A stretch of 64,000 nucleotides of DNA from Gammaproteobacteria bacterium. Its GTDB lineage: Bacteria > Pseudomonadota > Gammaproteobacteria > Steroidobacterales > Steroidobacteraceae. Made by a program: the position numbers and the translations under genes. Where the stretch lies: the NCBI GenBank assembly GCA_003132025.1, contig PKWJ01000020.1:3220-67219 (forward strand). Reading direction: 5' to 3'. Under the pieces are notes generated by a model that was not told the origin of the DNA, ran no database searches, and was given only the letters and a program-made list of their open reading frames with translations. Below are positions 10,175 through 19,715 of this stretch, one piece after another; the stretch's first letter is position 1; each line of letters opens with the position of its first letter.

Positions 10175-12214
10175 ATGGTAATGGACTCCACGGTCGCCAA
10201 AGCGTCCACGGTCGCCAAATCGCCCGCATCGGTGCTGGAAGCCGAACCAGCCCGGATACGCGCGCTGCTCAAGCAGCAGAGGTTCCCTGAGGCGCTGGCG
10301 GCCGCTCAAGCACTGCTGGACGACGCCGCCGAAGACCGCGACGCGCTGCTGTACGTGGCCATTGCGCAGCGATTTCTGGGCCGGATTCCCGACGCGCTCA
10401 GGACCCTGGAAACACTTGAGCGGCACCACCCGCGCTTCAGTCGCCTGCATGAGGAGCGCGGCCACTGTTTCGTCGTCATGAAACAGGCGCCACAGGCGAT
10501 CGAGGCCTTCCTGCGCGCCGTGAACATCAATCACGCGCTGCCCGCCAGCTGGCGCATGCTCGATGGCCTGTACCGCATGACAGGCCAGCCCGACAACGCC
10601 GCCATGGCGGCAAGTCATGTGGCGACGCTGCGTAGTCTGCCGCAGGAGGTCGTGACCGCAACGGGACTCTTCATGGACGGGGATTTGGAGGCGGCCGAGT
10701 CGTTGATTCGTGCCTACCTTCTGCAGCACGGCGATCACGTTGAAGCCATGCGGCTGCTGGCCCGCATCGGAATCGCACACAAGGTGTTCGACGATGCGGA
10801 ACTGCTGCTGGCGGCGGTGCTTAATCTCGCGCCCGATTATCGGGTCGCGCGCCAGGAATACGCGGGTGTGCTCATTGAACTGCACAAATATCAGCACGCG
10901 CGTCGGGAACTCGACCGTCTTCTCAAGGATGAGCCAGACAACCGCCTGTTCAAGACACTCTATGCCACGAATTCCGTTGGGCTGGGTGAGCACGAGCGCG
11001 CGATTGCAATCTACCGGGAGCTTCTCGTTGGAACGCCGGCGGATGCCGATCTGCACCTGTCAATCGCCCATGCACAGAAAACTCTGGGTAAGCGCCAGGA
11101 GGCCATCGATTCCTACCGCAGGGCGGCAGCCTTGCGCCCAGGTTTCGGCGATGCGTACTGGAGCCTTGCGAACCTCAAGACCTATCGGTTCACCGATGAA
11201 GAATTGAACCGGCTGCGAGCTGCGGAATTAGCGCCGACGGCGGCCGTCGAGGACCGTTATCATTTGTGCTTTGCGCTTGGCAAGGCACTGGAGGATCGGG
11301 GCGAATTTGCCGAATCGTTCCGCTACTACGAAATTGGCAACGCGCTGAAGCGTTCCGAAAGCAAGTATCGCGCCGAGATCATCGAAAACAATACGCAGCA
11401 GCAGATCCAGGTCTGCACCGCCGGGTTTTTTGCCGGCCGGCGCGGCTGGGGTGCGCCGAATCCGGATCCCATTTTCATCGTCGGCTTGACGCGGGCGGGT
11501 TCGACTCTGCTGGAACAGATCCTGGCCTCGCATTCGCAGGTCGAGGGCACGCAGGAGCTCGCCAACATTCAGCAGATCGTGACGATTCTTCGAGGCCGCG
11601 ACCCGGATCTGAACGATCTGCGCTACCCGCGAATTCTGGCGGACATGGGTGCCGAGGATTTTCTGAAGCTCGGCGAGCGATATCTCGCCGACACCCGAAT
11701 CTACCGCAGCGGTAAGGCTTTCTTCATCGACAAGATGCCGAACAACTTCCGCCACCTGGGCCTCATTCACCTGATGCTGCCCAATGCCCGGATCATTGAC
11801 GCGCGGCGCGAACCGATGGCGTGCTGCTTCAGCAATCTGAAGCAACTGTTTGCCAATGGCCAGGAGTTCACCTACGGCATCGACGAGATTGCGCGCTACT
11901 ACCGCACTTATCTTGAGCTGATGCGGCACTGGGATCGCGTACTGCCTGGGCGCGTGCTGCGTGTGCATCACGAGGACGTCGTCGATGATCTTGAGGGCAA
12001 CGTGCGACGTCTGCTCGATTTCTGCGGCCTGGCCTTCGAACCCCAGTGCATTGAGTTCCATAAGACCGTCCGTAGCGTGCGCACCGCCAGTTCGGAGCAG
12101 GTACGCCAGCCGCTTTTTCGTGAGGGTCTCGATCAGTGGAAGCACTTTGAGCCGTGGCTTGAGCCGCTGAAGAACGCGCTCGGTGACGCTCTGGAGCGCT
12201 ACCGAGATGAATGA
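10175..12214 (+). CDS. TPR-repeat protein with C-terminal sulfotransferase domain
   Basis: The N-terminal ~400 aa are TPR-like helical repeats. The C-terminal part has a PAPS 5'-phosphosulfate-binding loop (IFIVGLTRAGSTLLEQIL) and a 3'-phosphate region (RSVRTASSEQVRQP). No signal peptide. Confidence 0.8.
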   Translation: MVMDSTVAKASTVAKSPASVLEAEPARIRALLKQQRFPEALAAAQALLDDAAEDRDALLYVAIAQRFLGRIPDALRTLETLERHHPRFSRLHEERGHCFVVMKQAPQAIEAFLRAVNINHALPASWRMLDGLYRMTGQPDNAAMAASHVATLRSLPQEVVTATGLFMDGDLEAAESLIRAYLLQHGDHVEAMRLLARIGIAHKVFDDAELLLAAVLNLAPDYRVARQEYAGVLIELHKYQHARRELDRLLKDEPDNRLFKTLYATNSVGLGEHERAIAIYRELLVGTPADADLHLSIAHAQKTLGKRQEAIDSYRRAAALRPGFGDAYWSLANLKTYRFTDEELNRLRAAELAPTAAVEDRYHLCFALGKALEDRGEFAESFRYYEIGNALKRSESKYRAEIIENNTQQQIQVCTAGFFAGRRGWGAPNPDPIFIVGLTRAGSTLLEQILASHSQVEGTQELANIQQIVTILRGRDPDLNDLRYPRILADMGAEDFLKLGERYLADTRIYRSGKAFFIDKMPNNFRHLGLIHLMLPNARIIDARREPMACCFSNLKQLFANGQEFTYGIDEIARYYRTYLELMRHWDRVLPGRVLRVHHEDVVDDLEGNVRRLLDFCGLAFEPQCIEFHKTVRSVRTASSEQVRQPLFREGLDQWKHFEPWLEPLKNALGDALERYRDE

Positions 12215-13025
12215 AATGAGCATTGCGCCGCAAGTCCTCAGCGGCAATGAGATTGGCGCACTGGTCGCGCTGGTCAATCGAGGGCGTTTGACTGAGGCGG
12301 AACACAGGATCGGTGCGCTGCTGAAAAGGTGTCCCGACGCCGGAATTCTGTGGAAGATTCTCGGTGTCTCGCTGTTGCGGCAAGGCAGGGATGCGCTCGC
12401 GGCCCTCCGCCGAGCGGCGGAGCTGATGCCGCATGATGCCGAAGCGCACGCCAATCTGGGTGCGGCCTTGCACGATGAGGGACTGTGGGCCGAAAGCCTG
12501 GTGAGCCTGGAACGGGCACTGGCCATCCAGCCACACAACGCGCAGGTACTGCTGGACGCGGCCGATGCTATGCGAGCGCTTGGAAGGGCGCGCGACTCGG
12601 TGCCGCTATACCTGCGGGCGCTGCAGCTCGATCCGCGCCTGGTCGAGGCGCGGAACAATCTGGGAAATGCATTCCTGGAGCTGGGCCGATACGACGATGC
12701 CGCTGACTGCTACCGGCTGGCGCTGCAGATCAAACCGGATGATGCTCAGATGCATTGCAATCTGGGCAACGCTCTCAGGCTGAGGAGGCATCTGGATGAG
12801 GCGAGTGCCAGCTGCAAGCGGGCTATCGCAATCGATCCGACTCTAGGCGTCGCCCATAATTGCCTGGGACTCATTCTCGCCGCGCAGGGACGCCGCGAGG
12901 CCGCCAGTGCATGCTATCGGCGGGCCCTGAATCTGGACGCCAACGATGTCGATGCGAGGAATAATCTTGCGACGTTGCTACGGGAGCTTGGTAAGCCGCC
13001 CGAGACGCGCCCGGAATCACAATAA
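12207..13025 (+). CDS. TPR-repeat protein
   Basis: Consecutive 34-residue TPR units (AHANLGAAL, ARNNLGNAFLELGRYDDAADCYRLAL, MHCNLGNAL, AHNCLGLIL, ARNNLATLL). ATG 12207 overlaps the previous stop by 8 nt; ATG 12216 is an alternative start. Confidence 0.7.
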   Translation: MNEMSIAPQVLSGNEIGALVALVNRGRLTEAEHRIGALLKRCPDAGILWKILGVSLLRQGRDALAALRRAAELMPHDAEAHANLGAALHDEGLWAESLVSLERALAIQPHNAQVLLDAADAMRALGRARDSVPLYLRALQLDPRLVEARNNLGNAFLELGRYDDAADCYRLALQIKPDDAQMHCNLGNALRLRRHLDEASASCKRAIAIDPTLGVAHNCLGLILAAQGRREAASACYRRALNLDANDVDARNNLATLLRELGKPPETRPESQ

Positions 13026-13045
13026 CTGCACAGCCCGGCGCAACC

Positions 13046-14611
13046 CTAGAGCGTTGCCTTGGCGAGCAGCGCGGCCTCCGCAGCGGCGATTTGCGCCTGG
13101 CGTTGCGCGATCGCGGCACCGACCGGCGGCCCCTGGAAGCGCCGGCGCTCGAAGGCGAACCAGACCAGCGCGGTTAGAATCAGAAAACCGATCGTGACGT
13201 TCAGCGCCAGCTGGTTGGGCGGCTGCACACCGATCACGAAGATGACGATCATCGCCAGCATCGACAGTACCGCAAACAGCGAAAAACCGGCTCGGCTCAT
13301 GCTCCACGGCCCCATGCGCGGCCACTTCGGTCCGCCATAGGCGATCAGGCCGAGCGCGATCGGCACAGCGTAGGAGAAAAATATAAATATGACGGTACAG
13401 GACACCACCACGGAGTAGACCGGTGTGCCGCCGTTTTCCAGCCATTTGGCCGCCCAGACGAACAGCAGCGACAGTATCGCCCCGACCCAGATCGCGGCCA
13501 CCGGCGTGCGGTGGCGCGGGGACACCCTGGCGAGCAGCTGCGCGGCCGGCAGTCCTCCGTCGCGCGCGAATGCGAACATCATGCGCGAAGTCGAGGTGAC
13601 CGTCGCCAGTCCACACAGTACCTGCGCCAGAAAGATCAGTGCGTACAGGGCTTCGCGGGTGCGCAGCGGAACGCGCTGCTCCAGTGCCCAGAAAAACACG
13701 TTCCAGCCCTGCCTGGCGGCCTGGTCCAGATCCGGCAGCATCAGCAGGAACGACACCAGGAACAAGTAGCCGAACACTCCGGACCAGACGATCGAGGAGA
13801 TGATCGCGCGCGGCACCGCCAGCGTCGCATTCCTGGTTTCCTCCGAGGTGTGCGCCGAGGCGTCGTAGCCGGTCACGGTGTAGATCGGCAGCAGCAGACC
13901 GAGCATGAATACCCAACTGGCCGAGACGTGCGGCCAGACGTCGCCGCCGGCGCTCCCGGAATAGTTCGCAAAACGCCACAGGCGCGTCAGATCGAAATGG
14001 CGTGTGTGCGTCAGGCAGACGATCGCGATCAGGAGCGAAGTTCCAAAGATAAGATAGCCGGAAAAATCGGTCAGCCGGGCAGTGGCCGAGATTCCATAGG
14101 CGTTGATCAGGGCCTGCAGTACGGTCAGCATCGCCAGAAACCATACCAGCGTCGTCATCGTGTCGGTAAGGTGCAGCGCCGGCCCGAATGCACCCATGAA
14201 GAAACTGTAGGCACCGACGTTTATCGAGCCGAGCACGGTGACCAGCCCGAGCAGGTTGAACCATGCGGTGAGCCAGCCACTGAAGCGGTTGCCGAGGATC
14301 GAGCCCCAGTGATAGAGCCCGCCGGCGGTCGGAAACGCCGAGGCGATCTGCGCCATCGTCAGGCCGAACACCGCCGATATCACCACGCCCAGCGGCCAGC
14401 CCAGGCCGATCGCCGCGCCCCCGGTGCCGGAAGTGGCCTGGGCCAGTGAATTCACGCCACCGGCGAGGATGCAGATGATCGAAAACGATATCGCGAAGTT
14501 GGAAAAGCGTCCCAGGCGGCGCGAGAGTTCCTGCGCGTAGCCCATGGCATGCAGCACCCGCAGGTCATCGTCCGGCGCTTCATTCGCGGCGGCCTTTCCG
14601 GTTGATGTCAC
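13046..14611 (-). CDS. APC-superfamily amino acid/amine permease
   Basis: About 12 hydrophobic segments. N-terminal GYAQELSRRLGRFSNFAISFSIICILAGG is typical of the amino acid/choline-type APC branch. Confidence 0.85.
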   Translation of the reverse strand: MTSTGKAAANEAPDDDLRVLHAMGYAQELSRRLGRFSNFAISFSIICILAGGVNSLAQATSGTGGAAIGLGWPLGVVISAVFGLTMAQIASAFPTAGGLYHWGSILGNRFSGWLTAWFNLLGLVTVLGSINVGAYSFFMGAFGPALHLTDTMTTLVWFLAMLTVLQALINAYGISATARLTDFSGYLIFGTSLLIAIVCLTHTRHFDLTRLWRFANYSGSAGGDVWPHVSASWVFMLGLLLPIYTVTGYDASAHTSEETRNATLAVPRAIISSIVWSGVFGYLFLVSFLLMLPDLDQAARQGWNVFFWALEQRVPLRTREALYALIFLAQVLCGLATVTSTSRMMFAFARDGGLPAAQLLARVSPRHRTPVAAIWVGAILSLLFVWAAKWLENGGTPVYSVVVSCTVIFIFFSYAVPIALGLIAYGGPKWPRMGPWSMSRAGFSLFAVLSMLAMIVIFVIGVQPPNQLALNVTIGFLILTALVWFAFERRRFQGPPVGAAIAQRQAQIAAAEAALLAKATL

Positions 14612-14635
14612 ACTGTCTCCTTACTGTGGTTGCCG

Positions 14636-16333
14636 CTATGGCGCGGCCGCGCCGTTGTCGTCGACGCGGGCGCCCGTTCGTCGCTGCGCCCGGCGCACCA
14701 CCGGATAGGCGAAGCTCGCCAGATGCGAATGCACGCGCCGCAGGTCGCGCACGATGCGCAGCAGCAGGCCGCTTTCCTCGGCCGCCGACCCGACCGGATC
14801 GGTGCCGGCGGCGCGACTGGCGGCAGCCGCCTCGCGCAGTATTCGCACGCTGAGCGCCGTAGCGTCGCCTTCGAGCTGCAGCAGCCGGCGCTTACGTTCC
14901 AGCAGCAGCAGCGCGTCGGATCGGTTGCCGCGCAGGAACACCGAAACCGCCAGCCGGTGACTCTCGACCAACTCCGCGTTCATGGCACTGACTGCCGCGA
15001 TTTCCTCGGGCGCCAGCAGTTGCCCGCGCCGCAGCTGCTTGACAGTAAAGTCCGTGAGGCTGTTGGCGATAATGTCGCCGACGTGCTCGAAGTTGATGAC
15101 GGCGGCAAGAATCTCCTGCACCTTGGCGCCCTCGCGCCGGTCGTCCAGCGTCTGTTCGCCACCAATCGCCGCCAGGTAACTGCGGATCGCGCCGCCCAGC
15201 TGGCGTGCCGCCCGATCGTTCTCTATCACGCGCTCGGCGAGCGACAGATTACCGGTGCGCAGCAACTGCAGCGCGCCGTCGAGCATGGCTGCGGCCAGAT
15301 CGGACATACGCAGGGTCTCACGCGCAGCGTTGGCGAGCGCGACCGAAGCGGAGTCGAGCGCAGCGCGCTCCAGGTACAGCGGTCGACCCGGATCCAGTGG
15401 TCGAGGAGGGTCGGGCAGCCAGCGCAGCAGCAGTGCGGCGACGCGATCGACGTTGCCCAGGAATGTTGCCGCGAGCGCCAGGTTGAACAGCAAGTGAAAA
15501 TTGACCGCCAGGCGCTCGCTGCCCGGAAGCAGCCGCTGCATCAGCACGGTCAGCGGCGTCAGCCACGGCAGCAGCAGCAGCACGCCGGTGAGCCGCACCA
15601 GCAGGTTGCCCAGCGGTACACGGCGCGCCGCCACCGTCGAGGCGTGCAGCATCGGCGGCAGGGCACCGCCGACGTTGGCCCCCAGCACCAGCGCCAGTGT
15701 CTCGGGCGCGTTGATCACGTGGTTCGCAGCCAGCGAACCGACCAGCAGCACCATCACCACACTCGAATGGCAGCCCCAGGTGATAATCGCCGCCAGCAGC
15801 ACTGCCAGCAGCGGGTCAGCCGCGAGCGATTCCAGGAACGAGTGCAGCAGCGGCGTGTTTTCCACCGGACTCAGCGTCGCCTGCAATCCGGCCAGCGCCA
15901 TCAGCATCAGGCCGAGGCCGATAGTGGCGCGTCCGAGGTTGCGTACCCGGCCGCCGCTCGACCAGCGAAATGCCAATACACCGCACAGGACCAGCGGTGG
16001 CGCTACGATAGCGATATTGAACGACAGCATCTGTGCCACCAGCGCGGTGCCGACGTTGGCGCCGAGCATGACGGCCAGGGCTGGTGCGAGCGCCATGACA
16101 CCGGCGGCCGTGAACGAGGTGGCCATCAGGCCGACCGCGGTGCTGCTCTGGAGTAAGGTCGTGATGCCGACTCCGGTGAAGAACGCGCGCCAGCTGCCGG
16201 ATAGATTGCGCTCCAGCGCGCGGCGCAGTGCGGCGCCGAATGCGCGCTGCACGCCGCTGCTGACCATATGGGTGCCCCACAGCAGCAGACCCACGTAGCC
16301 CGACAGACTGATCAGGACCAGTGTGCCGGACAC
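14636..16333 (-). CDS. Na/Pi cotransporter family protein with PhoU-like C-terminal domain
   Basis: N-terminal LLWGTHMVSSGVQRAFG and duplicated Na_Pi_cotrans repeats (LQSSTAV, ITWGCHSSVV), followed by a soluble helical PhoU-like tail. Confidence 0.85.
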   Translation of the reverse strand: MSGTLVLISLSGYVGLLLWGTHMVSSGVQRAFGAALRRALERNLSGSWRAFFTGVGITTLLQSSTAVGLMATSFTAAGVMALAPALAVMLGANVGTALVAQMLSFNIAIVAPPLVLCGVLAFRWSSGGRVRNLGRATIGLGLMLMALAGLQATLSPVENTPLLHSFLESLAADPLLAVLLAAIITWGCHSSVVMVLLVGSLAANHVINAPETLALVLGANVGGALPPMLHASTVAARRVPLGNLLVRLTGVLLLLPWLTPLTVLMQRLLPGSERLAVNFHLLFNLALAATFLGNVDRVAALLLRWLPDPPRPLDPGRPLYLERAALDSASVALANAARETLRMSDLAAAMLDGALQLLRTGNLSLAERVIENDRAARQLGGAIRSYLAAIGGEQTLDDRREGAKVQEILAAVINFEHVGDIIANSLTDFTVKQLRRGQLLAPEEIAAVSAMNAELVESHRLAVSVFLRGNRSDALLLLERKRRLLQLEGDATALSVRILREAAAASRAAGTDPVGSAAEESGLLLRIVRDLRRVHSHLASFAYPVVRRAQRRTGARVDDNGAAAP

Positions 16334-16361
16334 TTACCGCTCCTCGGATTTGGCGGCGCAG

Positions 16362-16373
16362 AGCGAAAATCGG
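16362..16373 (+). promoter_or_regulatory. Candidate GlpR operator half-site (AGCGAAAATCGG) upstream of glpR
   Basis: An exact 12-mer shared in inverted orientation with 17218-17229. It lies 41 nt upstream of the glpR ATG, in the divergent intergenic region. Confidence 0.4.
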
Positions 16374-16413
16374 GCATGATAGTGACGGCGCCGAATCTAC
16401 CACGGGTGAATCC

Positions 16414-17196
16414 ATGAGCCGGACCGAAGCCGAAGACCGCCACCGTACGATCGTCGAGATCGTCCAGCAGCGCGGCTATGTCAGCAACGAGGAGCTCGCG
16501 CGCACCTTCGGCGTAACGGCGCAGACGGTGCGGCGCGATCTCACCAAACTGGGCGGCGAGGGCGCAATCTGCCGCCACCACGGCGGCGCCAGCCTGGCGT
16601 CCAGCACGCAGAACATCGATTACAGCGAGCGTCAGGAGCTCAGCACGCCGGAAAAGCGCGCCATTGCCGAACTGACCGCACGCCATATACCGAATCACTC
16701 CTCGCTGTTCATCAATATCGGCACTACGACCGAGGCCCTGGCGCGGGCGCTGCTGGGCCACGAGGACCTGCGCATCATCACCAACAACCTGAATGTCGCG
16801 CAGATCATGACGCGCAACCGCTCGTTCACGGTGATGGTCACCGGTGGCACGGTGCGCAACCGCGACGGCGGCATTATCGGGCAATCGGCCTGCGACATGA
16901 TCGGCGAATTCCGCGTCGACTACGGCATCATCGGCATCAGCGGCATCGACGAACAGGGCACTCTGCTTGACTTCGATTACGACGAGGTGCGGGCGGCGCG
17001 CGCAATCATCAGGAACTCGCGCACCACCTATCTGCTTGCCGATCACACCAAGTTCACCCGCCACCCCATGGTACGCATGGGGTCGCTCAGCGAAGTGTCG
17101 GCGCTGTTCACCGATGTTCCGCCGCCGCCGCCCCTGCGCGAGCGATTGATCGCCGGCGGCGTGGTGGTGCATGTGACGGAACCGATTGGTCCTTAA
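16414..17196 (+). CDS. glpR: DeoR-family transcriptional repressor, GlpR-like
   Basis: N-terminal HTH (RHRTIVEIVQQRGYVSNEELARTFGVTAQTVRRDLTKL) and a C-terminal DeoR sugar-phosphate sensor domain. Adjacent to glpD. Confidence 0.8.
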   Translation: MSRTEAEDRHRTIVEIVQQRGYVSNEELARTFGVTAQTVRRDLTKLGGEGAICRHHGGASLASSTQNIDYSERQELSTPEKRAIAELTARHIPNHSSLFINIGTTTEALARALLGHEDLRIITNNLNVAQIMTRNRSFTVMVTGGTVRNRDGGIIGQSACDMIGEFRVDYGIIGISGIDEQGTLLDFDYDEVRAARAIIRNSRTTYLLADHTKFTRHPMVRMGSLSEVSALFTDVPPPPPLRERLIAGGVVVHVTEPIGP

Positions 17197-17217
17197 AGCG
17201 GTTAGTTCCGAGGGTGA

Positions 17218-17229
17218 CCGATTTTCGCT
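17218..17229 (-). promoter_or_regulatory. Candidate GlpR operator half-site (reverse complement AGCGAAAATCGG) upstream of glpD
   Basis: CCGATTTTCGCT lies 71 nt upstream of the glpD GTG. A related AAACGAAAC element follows at about 17259-17267. Confidence 0.4.
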
Positions 17230-17299
17230 TGCCAACATTTGAAGTGCAATATAGTCTAAAAACGAAACTCCAACCGCATAGTGCAGACGCCCGCTCGCA

Positions 17300-18835
17300 G
17301 TGAGGGCTCCTTTGGATTCTGGCAGGGCGTTCGACCTTCTCATCGTCGGGGGCGGCATCAACGGCGCGGGGATCGCTCGGGATGCGGCCGGCCGCCGCCT
17401 GCGCGTGCTGCTGATCGAGCAAGCCGGGCTGGCCCATTTCACCTCTTCCGCCAGCACCAAACTGATCCATGGTGGGCTGCGATACCTGGAATACCTGCAG
17501 TTACGCCTGGTTCGCGAGGCTCTGCGTGAGCGCGAACGGCTGCTGTCGATCGCCCCGCACCTGGTGACCCGGGCGCAGTTCGTGCTGCCCTATCAGCGCC
17601 AGCTGCGGCCCGCCTGGGTGCTGCGGCTGGCTCTGCTGGGCTACGACGCCTTGGCGCCCGGCAGCAGCCTGGCACCCTCGCGCGGTGTTCGCTTTGCAAC
17701 ATCCGGCCTCGGGGAACCGCTGCGGGCCGGCCTGATGAAGGGCTTCACCTATGCCGACTGCACCGTCGATGACAGCCGGCTGGTGATACTCAACGTCCGG
17801 GACGCGTACGAGCGCGGCGCCGACATCCGGGTGGGCCACCAGTTGCTGCGGGCAGAGCGTACCGGGGAGTACTGGCGCGCGGAGGTACTCGACTCGGCGA
17901 GCGGCCGCAGCTACACGGTGATGGCGCGGGTGCTGGTCAACGCCGCCGGACCCTGGATCGGCGAGGTACTCAACCAGCGCCTTGGCGGGCAAAGCGGGCG
18001 CTCCGTGCGCCTGGTCAAGGGCAGCCATATCGTCGTGCCTCAAATGTATGCCGGGGAGCACGCCTATGTGCTGCAGAACGCCGATCGCCGTATCGTATTC
18101 GTGATTCCCTATCGGGAGCAGTTCACGCTGATCGGCACCACCGATGTGGAGTGGCCGCAGGAGCCGCGCGCGGTGAGCATTTCGGCCGCGGAGACCGACT
18201 ACCTGTGTCGCACCGTCAACGGCTATTTCAAGCGCTCTATCGGGCCGCAGGACGTGGTCTGGAGCTATGCCGGAATTCGCACATTGTGCGGCGATGCCGC
18301 CTCCAAGGCTTCGGAGCTGACGCGCGATTACTCCCTGGAACTCGACGCGCCAACGGGCGCGGCGCCGTTGCTGACCGTCGTTGGCGGTAAGATTACGACC
18401 TATCGGCCGCTGGCGGAGCAGACGATGAGCAGACTCGCACCCTTTCTGCCCGCGTTGCCTGGACCGTGGACGGCCGACAGGCCGCTGCCGGGCGGGGACT
18501 TTCCGGATGGCGGCCTGCCGGCCTACCTCGCGCAAGCGCAGCGTCGCTGGCCGTTCCTGCCGCCACCGCAGCTGCGACGCATGGTGCACGCCTACGGAAC
18601 GCGACTGGCGCGCATGCTCGATGGCGTTACGGCGCGCGAGGCGATGGGTGAGGACTTCGGCGGCGGCCTGACCCGAATCGAGGTCGACTACCTGATGCGC
18701 CAGGAATGGGCCTGCAGCACCGAGGATCTGTACTGGCGGCACACGAAAACAGGCCTGCATGCGTCCGCCGACGACCGGCAGCGACTGGGCGAGTACCTGC
18801 GCGGCGTGTTACCGATGCTCGCCGGACTCACATGA
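17300..18835 (+). CDS. glpD: Aerobic glycerol-3-phosphate dehydrogenase (FAD)
   Basis: FDLLIVGGGINGAGIARDAAGRRLRVLLIE dinucleotide fold, STKLIHGGLRYLE, and a full-length GlpD-type C-terminal domain. Confidence 0.9.
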   Translation: MRAPLDSGRAFDLLIVGGGINGAGIARDAAGRRLRVLLIEQAGLAHFTSSASTKLIHGGLRYLEYLQLRLVREALRERERLLSIAPHLVTRAQFVLPYQRQLRPAWVLRLALLGYDALAPGSSLAPSRGVRFATSGLGEPLRAGLMKGFTYADCTVDDSRLVILNVRDAYERGADIRVGHQLLRAERTGEYWRAEVLDSASGRSYTVMARVLVNAAGPWIGEVLNQRLGGQSGRSVRLVKGSHIVVPQMYAGEHAYVLQNADRRIVFVIPYREQFTLIGTTDVEWPQEPRAVSISAAETDYLCRTVNGYFKRSIGPQDVVWSYAGIRTLCGDAASKASELTRDYSLELDAPTGAAPLLTVVGGKITTYRPLAEQTMSRLAPFLPALPGPWTADRPLPGGDFPDGGLPAYLAQAQRRWPFLPPPQLRRMVHAYGTRLARMLDGVTAREAMGEDFGGGLTRIEVDYLMRQEWACSTEDLYWRHTKTGLHASADDRQRLGEYLRGVLPMLAGLT

Positions 18836-19686
18836 GCGAGCCACGCGTCCTGGTCATCGATGGCAATCGTGCCGCCACGCGCGCAGCGCAAGTGGCTGCC
18901 GGCGGTCTGCCGACCGGCGAGGGCTACGCGCAGGTGCTGCGACATCTGGCACCGGTGAGCTGCGATATCGTGCGGCCCGCGGACGGTGAGGTGAAGTTGG
19001 CCAGCGCTGCCGGGCTGGCGGACTACGATGGCGCCGTCATGACCGGTTCCGCACTCAACATCTATGACGGCGGCGCGCACATCGAGCGCCAGATCGATCT
19101 CGCACGCGCGTTATTCGCCGACGCGGTGCCGTTTTTCGGCAGCTGCTGGGGCCTGCAGGTTGCAGTCACCGCGACCGGCGGCCGCGTGCGGCGCAATCCA
19201 CTGGGGCGCGAGTTCGGCTTTGCGCGGCGTATCGAGCTCAGCGCCAGCGGGCTGCAGCACCCGATGTTTGCCGGCAAGCCGCACGTTTTCGAGGCTGTCA
19301 CAGTGCACAGCGATAATGTCGAGCAGCTGCCGGCCGGTGCGCTGGTTCTGGCGAGCAACGACATGGGCGTGCAGGCGGTGGAGCTGCGTTCGGGTGCCGG
19401 GGCGATCTGGGGGGTGCAATACCACCCCGAGTACAGCTACGCAGAGATTGCGGCGACCACGCAGCGTTACGCGGATGTGCTGCTGGAACAGGGGCTGTTC
19501 GGCAACCGTTCCGAGCTGGATCAGTTCGTCGCCGAGTTGCGGCAGCTGACACAGGATCCGTGGAACCGCAGGCTCGCATGGAAGCACGGCCTGGGACCTG
19601 CCATGCAGGATGAGCGACTGAAGCTGGCCGAGCTGCGCAACTGGCTGGAACTCAAAGTCATGCCGCGCTACCGCCGTCGGCACTAA
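18832..19686 (+). CDS. Class I glutamine amidotransferase-like protein
   Basis: ATGA overlap with the glpD stop. Nucleophile elbow FFGSCWGLQV and VQYHPEY histidine motif. Confidence 0.75.
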   Translation: MSEPRVLVIDGNRAATRAAQVAAGGLPTGEGYAQVLRHLAPVSCDIVRPADGEVKLASAAGLADYDGAVMTGSALNIYDGGAHIERQIDLARALFADAVPFFGSCWGLQVAVTATGGRVRRNPLGREFGFARRIELSASGLQHPMFAGKPHVFEAVTVHSDNVEQLPAGALVLASNDMGVQAVELRSGAGAIWGVQYHPEYSYAEIAATTQRYADVLLEQGLFGNRSELDQFVAELRQLTQDPWNRRLAWKHGLGPAMQDERLKLAELRNWLELKVMPRYRRRH

Positions 19687-19715
19687 ATAGTCGGCACTGC
19701 ATAGCGGAGGACCTC

